DNA from: Alphaproteobacteria bacterium
GTDB taxonomy: Bacteria; Pseudomonadota; Alphaproteobacteria; MPNO01
Length of the DNA stretch: 64,000 nt
Direction of reading: 5' to 3'
Assembly: GCA_964291675.2 (NCBI GenBank)
Contig: OZ219866.1
Location: 576,001 to 640,000 of the forward strand
The notes under the pieces were generated by a model. That model was given only the letters and a program-made list of their open reading frames with translations. It did no database searches and was not told where the DNA came from. Below, one piece after another: positions 56,195 through 64,000 of this stretch (position 1 is the first letter of the stretch; every line of letters begins with the position of its first letter). A program made the position numbers and the translations under genes.

Positions 56195-56956
56195 ATGGCG
56201 GAGAAACCCAGCCCTCCCGAGGCGGGCCAGGCATTGTTCGGGTTCGAGAAGCTCGATGCGGCGGAGCATGCCGAGCGCGTGCGCCGGGTCTTTGCGGCCG
56301 TCGCCGGGCGCTACGACCTGATGAACGATCTGATGAGCGGCGGGCTCCACCGGCTCTGGAAGGCGGCGATGATCGACTGGCTGGCGCCGCGCGCCGGCTG
56401 GTCGATGATCGACGTCGCGGGCGGCACCGGCGATGTCGCGCACGCCATCCTGCGCCGCGCCGACGCCGAGGTGACCGTCTGCGATCCCGGCATCGAGATG
56501 CTCAACGCCGGGATCGACCGGATGCGGGACCGCGGGCTCGTATCCGGCATCCGTTTCGTCGCGGGCAGGGCCGAGGCGCTGCCCTTTCCGGCGGCGGCGG
56601 CGGATGCCTGCACCATCGCCTTCGGGCTCAGGAACGTCACCGACCGCGCGGCCGCGCTCGCCGAGGCGCGGCGCGTGCTCAAGCCGGGCGGGCGGTTCAT
56701 GTGCCTTGAGTTCAGCCGGCCCCGGGCGGCGGCGCTGCGCCCGCTCTACGATGCCTATTCCTATGCGGTGCTGCCTCGGCTCGGCGCGGCGGTGGCCGGC
56801 GACGGCGACGCCTATCGCTACCTCGCCGACAGCATCCGCTCCTTCCCCGACCAGGAAGCCCTCGCGGACGAGCTCCGCGCCGCCGGCTTCGGGGTGGTCC
56901 GCTACCGCAATCTGAGCGCCGGCATCGCGGCCCTGCATTCGGCCTGGCGCACCTGA
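56195..56956 (+). CDS. ubiE: Ubiquinone/menaquinone C-methyltransferase
   Basis: YDLMNDLMSGGLHRLWK, DVAGGTGD, FGLRNV. Confidence 0.95.
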   Translation: MAEKPSPPEAGQALFGFEKLDAAEHAERVRRVFAAVAGRYDLMNDLMSGGLHRLWKAAMIDWLAPRAGWSMIDVAGGTGDVAHAILRRADAEVTVCDPGIEMLNAGIDRMRDRGLVSGIRFVAGRAEALPFPAAAADACTIAFGLRNVTDRAAALAEARRVLKPGGRFMCLEFSRPRAAALRPLYDAYSYAVLPRLGAAVAGDGDAYRYLADSIRSFPDQEALADELRAAGFGVVRYRNLSAGIAALHSAWRT

Positions 56957-56959
56957 ACG

Positions 56960-58525
56960 ATGTTCCACGGGTTGCGAAATCTCCGGCGCATTTGGCGCAT
57001 CGTCCGCACGCTCGCCCGCCACGATGCGCTGTCGGCGTTCGAGCCGGTCAGGGCGCATGCGACGATCCGGATCGCGCTCTGGCTGCTCGGCAGGCCCCTG
57101 GTGGGGGAGGCGCGGTCGCGGCGCCCCGGCGAGAGGCTCGCCGCGGCGTTCCAGGAGCTGGGGCCGAGCTTCGTGAAGCTGGGCCAGGCGCTGTCGGTGC
57201 GTTTCGACCTGGTCGGCGAGGAGATGGCGGCGGACCTCGCCCAGCTGCAGGACCGCCTGCCGCCCTTTGCGACCGACGAGGCGCGCAAGACCATCGAGGC
57301 GGAGCTCGGCTGCGCGCTCGGCGAGGTGTTCGCCGAGTTCGCGGACGAGGCGGTCGCCGCGGCCTCCATCGCCCAGGTGCACCGCGCGGTAACCACCGAG
57401 GGCGACGAGGTCGCGGTCAAGGTGCTGAGACCGGGCATCGAGGCCGCGTTCAACCGCGACCTCGAGCTGATGCGCTGGCTGGCCGGCATCATCGCCCACC
57501 TCCACGGCACGTTCGACCGGCTCAAGCCGGTGGCGGTGGTCGAGACCTTCGCCGAGTCGGCGTCGATCGAGATGGACCTCCGTCTGGAAGCCGCGGCGGC
57601 GCAGGAGCTCCGCGCCAATTTCGAGGAGACCGACGGGTTCGAGGTGCCGACGGTCGACTGGCGGCGGACCGGACGCCGCGTTCTCACCTTGAGCTGGGTC
57701 GACGGCGTGCCGATCCACGACCGCGAGCGGCTGGAGGCCGAAGGCCACGACTTGGCGGAGATCGTCGCCCTGATGGCCTCGGTGTTCTTCTTCCAGATCT
57801 TCCGCGACGGCTTCTTCCACGCCGACCTGCACCCGGGGAACCTGCTGGTCGACACGGAAGGCAGGGTGCATGCGGTCGATTTCGGCATCATGGGGCGGGT
57901 CGACCGGCCGACCCGGCGCTACCTCGCGGACATGCTGTACTCGTTCCTGGTCCGCGATTACCGCCGGGTCGCGGAGATCCACGTCTCGGCCGGGCTGGTG
58001 CCGGCCGACCAGTCGGTGGACGGATTCGCCCAGGCCGCCCGCGCGATCGCCGAGCCGATCCTCGGCCTGCCGCTCAACCAGATTTCGCTCGCCCGGCTGG
58101 TGGGCCAGCTGTTCCAGGTCACCAAGCGCTTCAACATGGAGGTGCAGCCGCAGCTCCTGCTCCTCCAGAAGACCATGCTGGTGGCCGAGGGGGTGGGGCG
58201 GCGGCTGCATCCGGAAACCAACATGTGGGAGCTCGCCCGGCCGCTGATCGAGGAATGGATGGCCGAGCAGATGGGGCCGCAGGCGCGGGTGCGCGAGACC
58301 GTGGAGACGCTGAGCGACGCGCTCGCCCGCCTGCCCAAGGCGCTCGGCGATTTGGAGCGGACGGTCGACGTGCTCGCCCAGAACCGCATCCAGCTCGACC
58401 CCGAGACGGTCGATGCGCTGCGCGCCGGGCTGGCGGGGCGGCGCCGGGGGCGCGGGCTGTGGCTCGCCGTGCTCGCGCTCGCCGCCGCCGTCGCCGTGCT
58501 GGTCTGGGCGCAGGCGGGCGGGTAG
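56960..58525 (+). CDS. ubiB: Ubiquinone biosynthesis kinase-like protein
   Basis: LGPSFVKLGQ, AAASIAQVH, VAVKVLRP, FFHADLHPGN. Confidence 0.96.
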   Translation: MFHGLRNLRRIWRIVRTLARHDALSAFEPVRAHATIRIALWLLGRPLVGEARSRRPGERLAAAFQELGPSFVKLGQALSVRFDLVGEEMAADLAQLQDRLPPFATDEARKTIEAELGCALGEVFAEFADEAVAAASIAQVHRAVTTEGDEVAVKVLRPGIEAAFNRDLELMRWLAGIIAHLHGTFDRLKPVAVVETFAESASIEMDLRLEAAAAQELRANFEETDGFEVPTVDWRRTGRRVLTLSWVDGVPIHDRERLEAEGHDLAEIVALMASVFFFQIFRDGFFHADLHPGNLLVDTEGRVHAVDFGIMGRVDRPTRRYLADMLYSFLVRDYRRVAEIHVSAGLVPADQSVDGFAQAARAIAEPILGLPLNQISLARLVGQLFQVTKRFNMEVQPQLLLLQKTMLVAEGVGRRLHPETNMWELARPLIEEWMAEQMGPQARVRETVETLSDALARLPKALGDLERTVDVLAQNRIQLDPETVDALRAGLAGRRRGRGLWLAVLALAAAVAVLVWAQAGG

Positions 58526-58692
58526 CGGCCTAACCTGGAATTCCACACTTCGCGTCTCGCGCGCCCTGCCGCGCCCCCGCTGCGCGATACCGGCTTGCCA
58601 CCACCAGACTCTCGCCACTCGTCCCGTCTAACCAGTTAGACACAAACGACGAAGCTTCAAGAACTCCTATACGATCTTGGGGGAGGCGACGT

Positions 58693-59355
58693 TTACTGTT
58701 CCACCGACGGCCAAGCAAATTGAAATCTGTTAACGTACAGTTCTTGGTACAAGAAATTGAGGTCATATTCCCAATGTCTTATCGCGTGTCTCATTGAATT
58801 GTCATTCCGGCGTTTGGCGTTTCGAGCAAATGCCGCAATTGCCTCCGCCAGCTTCTGGAGTCTACCGGCTGAATTAGGTCGACACCATTCCTCAACATAG
58901 CTCCTTGAATTTACGGGAGGCAATTCGCCCCCGAACACTTCAAGCAGGATATGCCTCCTTACGCCCCGAGTTTTTCCATTCTTGCCAACTTTGTAACCCA
59001 GACACGACAACATTCCCTTTTCTGGGGGGTCAATGGAAAATGGACCGAGTCCCGGTTGAGCATCAGTAGTGGGCCATTCAAAGAAAGCTTCATCTTCCTG
59101 CCGTCTTCTCCATTCTCTGTTTACAGCGTCAATTAACAGGCGCGCATCATCGTACGAATTTGCCTGTTCTCCATCGGCGATTATGAGTATTGCGTCCATC
59201 CAACGTTTGGTGATCTGTTCAAGACCCGAGTGGCGCATGCTCTCGGCAGTATCCGCTCTGCACCGGGGACAACTGGGAGGTTGCTGCTGCAGGTCGTAAA
59301 ACTTGGTGCCACACAGCGGGCAGGTATGCTTGGCACCCCGCTCGATATTGGACAA
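58693..59355 (-). CDS. Low-GC hypothetical protein: FYDLN-type zinc ribbon fused to an unknown domain
   Basis: GGAGG RBS before TTG 59355; GAKHTCPLCGTKFYDL...SCPRC; codon usage visibly AT-richer than flanks. Confidence 0.7.
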   Translation of the reverse strand: MSNIERGAKHTCPLCGTKFYDLQQQPPSCPRCRADTAESMRHSGLEQITKRWMDAILIIADGEQANSYDDARLLIDAVNREWRRRQEDEAFFEWPTTDAQPGLGPFSIDPPEKGMLSCLGYKVGKNGKTRGVRRHILLEVFGGELPPVNSRSYVEEWCRPNSAGRLQKLAEAIAAFARNAKRRNDNSMRHAIRHWEYDLNFLYQELYVNRFQFAWPSVEQ

Positions 59356-59698
59356 CGGCAGGCCCTCCCGTCCAAGATGGATCGCTGATCGGCGCCGCAG
59401 GTGTCGACTCGTTCCGTGACCGGCCCTATTGGGTAGATCGGTGGGCATGTTAGTGCAGTGAAGGTTTTGCAGCCAAGCTGGGTGGCCGGCTCAGAGCCAT
59501 CATCATGGACAGAGCGAAAGCGGCTCTTCCGATGGGCGAGGAGGACGGTGGCAGGCGGTCCGCTGGGTTCTCCTACTCCCGGACGGATTTCTGACCAGCG
59601 CATATTCGAAAGTCTGTCCACCCACCACCAATCTCTTCCGAACCCGGCACCGGGCCGGGTATGATGCAGGCGCCGCTGGAGAAAGGCGAACCGGGCCG

Positions 59699-60916
59699 GT
59701 GCTGGACGGCAAGCGCATACTCCTGATCGTCGCGGGCGGGATCGCCGCCTACAAGACGCTCGAACTGACCCGCCGCCTGGTGGAGCGGGGCGCGAGGGTG
59801 CGCTCGGTGCTGACCGCTGCGGGGGCCGAATTCGTCACCCCGCTGGCGCTGTCCTCGCTGAGCGGCGACAGGGTCTACCAGGAGCTCTTCTCGCTTACCG
59901 ACGAGCACGAGATGGGCCATATCCAGCTCTCGCGCGACGCCGACCTCGTGGTGGTCGCGCCGGCGACGGCCGACATCCTCGCCAAGATGGCGGCGGGGCT
60001 GGCGGGCGATCTCGCGACCACGCTGCTGCTCGCCACCGACAAGGACGTGCTGGCGGCGCCGGCGATGAACGTGCGCATGTGGCAGCACGCAGCGACCCGG
60101 GCCAATCTCGCCACCCTGCGCACGCGCGGGATCGGCATCGTCGGGCCGGAGGAGGGGCCGATGGCCTGCGGCGAGCACGGCCCGGGGCGGATGGCCGAGC
60201 CCGAGGCGATTCTGGCGGCGATCGAGGCCTGGTTCGCCGCCGGCCGCCGGCTCGACGGGCGCTCGGCGCTGGTGACCAGCGGCCCGACCTGGGAGGCGGT
60301 CGACCCGGTCCGCTTTCTCGGCAACCGGTCCTCGGGCAAGCAGGGCCATGCCATCGCCGCCGCGCTGGCCCGCGCGGGCGCGCGGACGCGGCTGGTGACC
60401 GGGCCGACCCACGAGCCGGATCCGGCGGGGGTCGAGATCGTCCGCGTCGAGTCGGCGCGCGAGATGCTAGAGGCCTGCCGCGCCGCCCTGCCGTCCGACG
60501 TCGCCGTGTTCGCCGCGGCGGTCGCCGACTGGCGCCCGGCCCGCGAGTCGGGCCGCAAGCTGAAGAAGTCGTCGGGTGCGCCGGGTGCGATCGAGCTGGT
60601 CGAGAACCCGGACGTGCTGGCGAGCGTCGCGGCGGCGGGCAATCTGCGCCCCGCGCTGGTCGTCGGCTTCGCCGCCGAGACCGACGACATCCTCGGCAAC
60701 GCGCGCAGGAAGCTCGAACGCAAGGGCTGCGACTGGATCCTCGCCAACGACGTGTCGCCGGGGACGGGCACATTCGGCGGCGAGGAGAACAGCATCCGGA
60801 TGGTCAGCGGCGACGGGGTCGAGGACTGGCCGAAGCTGTCCAAGGAGGCGGTGGCCGGGCGGCTCGCCGGGCGCATCGCCGACTGGTTCGAGGCGCGCGG
60901 CGAGGCGGCCGAATGA
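59699..60916 (+). CDS. coaBC: Phosphopantothenoylcysteine decarboxylase/ligase
   Basis: [40 protein letters not shown]. Confidence 0.96.
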   Translation: MLDGKRILLIVAGGIAAYKTLELTRRLVERGARVRSVLTAAGAEFVTPLALSSLSGDRVYQELFSLTDEHEMGHIQLSRDADLVVVAPATADILAKMAAGLAGDLATTLLLATDKDVLAAPAMNVRMWQHAATRANLATLRTRGIGIVGPEEGPMACGEHGPGRMAEPEAILAAIEAWFAAGRRLDGRSALVTSGPTWEAVDPVRFLGNRSSGKQGHAIAAALARAGARTRLVTGPTHEPDPAGVEIVRVESAREMLEACRAALPSDVAVFAAAVADWRPARESGRKLKKSSGAPGAIELVENPDVLASVAAAGNLRPALVVGFAAETDDILGNARRKLERKGCDWILANDVSPGTGTFGGEENSIRMVSGDGVEDWPKLSKEAVAGRLAGRIADWFEARGEAAE

Positions 60917-61368
60917 GCGGTATCGCGGTCGCGGTGACCCGGCTCGCGGGGAACGACGACATCGCCCTGCCGCGCTACGAGACGGCGCAGTCGGCGGGGC
61001 TCGACCTGGAAGCGGCGGTGACGGGCGCCGTGGTGCTGGCGCCGGGCGGGCGGGCGACGATCCCGACCGGGCTCGCGATCGCCCTGCCGCCGGGCTACGA
61101 GGCGCAGATCCGCCCGCGCTCGGGCCTCGCCGCGAAGAGCGGCATCACCGTGCTGAACGCGCCCGGCACCATCGACGCGGATTATCGCGGCGAGATCAAG
61201 GTGGTGCTCGCCAATCTCGGCGCCGCGCCGTTCGCCGTCGAGCGCGGCATGCGGATCGCCCAGATGGTGGTGGCCCCGGTGACCCGGATCGCCTGGCGGG
61301 AGGTCGCGGCGCTGCCCGACAGCGCGCGCGGCACCGGCGGGTTCGGCTCGACCGGGACCGGCGGCTGA
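60913..61368 (+). CDS. dut: dUTP diphosphatase
   Basis: [36 protein letters not shown]. Confidence 0.97.
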   Translation: MSGIAVAVTRLAGNDDIALPRYETAQSAGLDLEAAVTGAVVLAPGGRATIPTGLAIALPPGYEAQIRPRSGLAAKSGITVLNAPGTIDADYRGEIKVVLANLGAAPFAVERGMRIAQMVVAPVTRIAWREVAALPDSARGTGGFGSTGTGG

Positions 61369-61373
61369 GGGGT

Positions 61374-62135
61374 TTGGCGATCCTCTCCGAACGTCAGCTC
61401 CAGCGCTATGCGCGGCACATCGTCCTGCCGGAGGTGGGCGGTGTCGGCCAGACCAGGCTGTTGCAGGGACGCGTGCTGGTGGTCGGCGCCGGCGGGCTCG
61501 GCGCGCCGCTGCTGCTCTATCTCGCCGCCGCCGGCGTCGGCACCATCGGGGTGGTCGACGACGATGCGGTGGACCTCTCCAATCTGCAGCGCCAGGTGAT
61601 CCACGCGACCGAGCGGATCGGCGCGCCCAAGGTCGAGAGCGCCGCCGAGGCCGTCGCCGCCGTCAACCCCGAGATCCGTCTGGTCCCGCACCCTGTGCGT
61701 CTCGACGCCGGCAACGTCGCCGAGCTCATCGCCGGCTACGACGTGATCGCCGACGGCAGCGACAATTTCGAGACCCGGTTCACCCTCAACGACGCCTGCC
61801 ACGAAGCGGGCAAGATCCTGGTCGCGGCCGCCCTGCTGCGCTTCGAGGGCCAGCTCGCGACCTTCAAGTCGGGGCTCGGCGCGTTCCCCTGCTATCGCTG
61901 CCTGTTCCCGGCGCCGCCGCCGCCGGGCATGGTGCCGTCCTGCGCCGAGGGCGGCGTGCTCGGGGCGCTCGCCGGCACGATGGGGTCGCTGCAGGCGACC
62001 GAGATACTCAAGGAGGTGATGGGGATCGGCGAGAGCCTCGCCGGCCATCTGCTGATCTACGACGCGCTGACCACGACGATCCGCAAGATGGCGCTCAAGC
62101 GGAACCCGCGCTGCGCGACCTGCGGCGATGGCTAA
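61374..62135 (+). CDS. moeB: MoeB/ThiF adenylyltransferase
   Basis: RYARHIVLPEVG, GAGGLG, SNLQRQ, CYRC, CATC. Confidence 0.9.
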   Translation: MAILSERQLQRYARHIVLPEVGGVGQTRLLQGRVLVVGAGGLGAPLLLYLAAAGVGTIGVVDDDAVDLSNLQRQVIHATERIGAPKVESAAEAVAAVNPEIRLVPHPVRLDAGNVAELIAGYDVIADGSDNFETRFTLNDACHEAGKILVAAALLRFEGQLATFKSGLGAFPCYRCLFPAPPPPGMVPSCAEGGVLGALAGTMGSLQATEILKEVMGIGESLAGHLLIYDALTTTIRKMALKRNPRCATCGDG

Positions 62136-62511
62136 GCTCTCCATCGTCGTCCACTCCGGCGGCTTCGAGCGGGTGCATTACGCGCTGGTGCTGGCGAGCG
62201 CCGCGGCGGCGATCGACCGCGAGGTGACGCTGTTCTTCACCATGGAGGCCTGCCGCGCGCTGCGGCCGGCGGATGCGCTCGGCGGCTGGGCGGCGCCGGA
62301 GGAGCGCCTGCGCGAGCAGGGGCTGGCGACGCTGGAGGAGCTGCTCGCCGCCGCCGCCGAGCTCGACGTGCGCTTCCTGGTCTGCGAGCTCGGGCTGCGG
62401 GCCGTCGACCTCGCCTTCGACGATTTGCGCGGCGATCTCGGCATCCGCGAGGCGGGCGCGGTCACCTTCCTCAACGACGCCGGACCCGACGCCCAGATGC
62501 TGTTCGTGTAG
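62128..62511 (+). CDS. DsrE/DsrF-like protein
   Basis: YALVLASAAAA...VTLFFT..., FLVCELG, GAVTFL. Confidence 0.8.
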   Translation: MAKLSIVVHSGGFERVHYALVLASAAAAIDREVTLFFTMEACRALRPADALGGWAAPEERLREQGLATLEELLAAAAELDVRFLVCELGLRAVDLAFDDLRGDLGIREAGAVTFLNDAGPDAQMLFV

Positions 62512-62518
62512 GGCGGCC

Positions 62519-63508
62519 CTACAGCCCGCCGGCGGGGATCACGCGGTCGGGCGGGGTATAGCCGTCGGCATGGGTCCTGATGTTGATCAGCACCCGCTCG
62601 CCCATGGCGATGCGCCCTTCGCGGGTCGCCGAGCCGAGATGCGGGGCGAGCACCACGTTGTCGAGCCGGCGGAGACCCGCCTCGATCTCCGGCTCGCGCT
62701 CATACACGTCGAGCCCGGCGCCGCCGAGCGCGCCTTCGGCGAGGCAGCGGGCGAGCGCGGCCTCGTCGATGATCTCGCCGCGCGAGGTGTTGACGACGAA
62801 GGCATGCGGCTGGAGCGAGCGCAGCCGCGCTTCCGACAGCAGGTGCCGGGTCTCGCCGGTATGCGGGCAGTTGATCGAGATGAAGTCCATATGGGCCAGC
62901 ATCTGGTCGAGGTCTTCCCACCAGGTGGCTTCGAGCTCGGCCTCGACATCGCGATGCACGCGCCGCCGGTTGTGGTAGTGGATCGACATCGAGAAGCCGC
63001 GCGCGCGGCGCGCCACCGCGGTGCCGATGCGGCCCATGCCGACGATGCCGAGGCGCTTGCCCGACACCCGTTCGCCCATCATGAAGGTCGGCGTCCAGCC
63101 GTCCCACTCGCCGGACCGCGCCAGGCGGTCGCCCTCGACCATGCGGCGCGGCGCGCTCAGCATCAGCGCCATGGTGAGGTCGGCGGTGTCCTCGGTGAGA
63201 ACGCCGGGCGTGTTGGTGACCAGGATCCCGCGCGCGGCGGCGGCGGCGAGGTCGATGTGATCGACGCCGACGCCGAAATTGGCGATCAGCCGGAGCCGTT
63301 CCGGGAGCGCGTCGACGACCTCGGCGGTGAGCCGGTCGGTCACCGTCGGCACCAGGACGTCGGTCTCGGCGGATGCCGCGATCAGCGCCTCGGCGGACAT
63401 CGGCTCGTCGGTCGGGTTGAGCCGCGTATCGAAGAGCTCCATGAGACGGGTCTCGATCGCCTGCGGCAGCTTCCGGGTAACCAGGACGGCGGGTTTTCGG
63501 TCGGTCAT
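62519..63508 (-). CDS. D-2-hydroxyacid dehydrogenase (glyoxylate reductase-like)
   Basis: NTPGVLTEDTAD, GMGRIG, NTSRGE, PHLGSAT. Confidence 0.93.
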   Translation of the reverse strand: MTDRKPAVLVTRKLPQAIETRLMELFDTRLNPTDEPMSAEALIAASAETDVLVPTVTDRLTAEVVDALPERLRLIANFGVGVDHIDLAAAAARGILVTNTPGVLTEDTADLTMALMLSAPRRMVEGDRLARSGEWDGWTPTFMMGERVSGKRLGIVGMGRIGTAVARRARGFSMSIHYHNRRRVHRDVEAELEATWWEDLDQMLAHMDFISINCPHTGETRHLLSEARLRSLQPHAFVVNTSRGEIIDEAALARCLAEGALGGAGLDVYEREPEIEAGLRRLDNVVLAPHLGSATREGRIAMGERVLINIRTHADGYTPPDRVIPAGGL

Positions 63509-63627
63509 CTGTCCGGTCGTCGGCTTTGGGCTTCAACGCCCTTACCAACCCGGCGAGGGGATGTCCAGAGCGGGCATGCGGATCGGCTATACTGACGCCG
63601 GAGATGCATCGAAGTCCGGGGACCCGC

Positions 63628-64000
63628 ATGCGTCTTTGGTTGATCGCCGCCACCCTCTTCCTGGCCGGATCGAGCGGCCCGGCCGCCGCCGAAGTCGAGC
63701 CCGGAGTGGCGGAGAGCGCCGAGAACGCCCGCTTCGTGTCGCTGCGCGCGTCGAGAGCCAATGTCCGGTTCGGGCCGGGGCGGCGCTACCCCATCGCCTG
63801 GGTGTTCGTGCGCCGCGGCGTGCCGGTGCTGATCGTCGGCCGGTTCCAGACCTGGCGCCGCATCCGGGACTGGGAGGGAAGCGAGGGCTGGATCCATCAA
63901 TCGCTGCTGTCGACCAAGCGCAGCGTGATCGTCCGCGACGGGCCGGCGCGGCTGCACCGCCGGCCGGACTCCAGGGCGCCCCTGATCGCCCGGGTCGAGC
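63628..64000 (+). CDS. SH3-domain exported protein (truncated by window end)
   Basis: Signal peptide; RFVSLRASRANVRFGPG..YPI.W, WRRIRDWEGSEGWIHQSLLS. Confidence 0.88.
   Translation, partial: MRLWLIAATLFLAGSSGPAAAEVEPGVAESAENARFVSLRASRANVRFGPGRRYPIAWVFVRRGVPVLIVGRFQTWRRIRDWEGSEGWIHQSLLSTKRSVIVRDGPARLHRRPDSRAPLIARVE

Noticed and set aside
1-64000. tRNA, rRNA, integrase or transposase genes
   Set aside because: None recognised by eye on either strand.

Overview
High-GC alphaproteobacterial chromosomal window (gene set and order suggest Rhodospirillales-like; a large Calx-beta/Ig autotransporter is of a kind often seen in marine host-associated lineages, which is inference). Housekeeping blocks: lrp/trxB, a contiguous ccmABCDEFGHI operon, and enoyl-CoA hydratase-mutM / ubiE-ubiB-coaBC-dut-moeB. 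They are interleaved with dense catabolic genes: three Rieske oxygenases, a CoxMSL-type Mo-hydroxylase with HyuAB and a creatininase-family enzyme, an itaconate-type CoA module, and a TAXI-TRAP transporter with amidohydrolases. Signals the ORF track misses: (1) a probable selenoprotein, an AhpD-like CxxU protein split at an in-frame UGA with a SECIS-like hairpin, downstream of a Rieske dioxygenase pair; (2) a multi-hairpin anti-SD sRNA after trxB; (3) palindromic repeats inside the autotransporter coding sequence; (4) a perfect parS site; (5) an MT-A70 methyltransferase under a LexA box with a collapsed restriction gene, splitting a TRAP pair; (6) two lower-GC islets of unknown genes. Most long alternative-frame ORFs are high-GC shadow ORFs. 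All family calls come from motif recognition by eye, not database searches.
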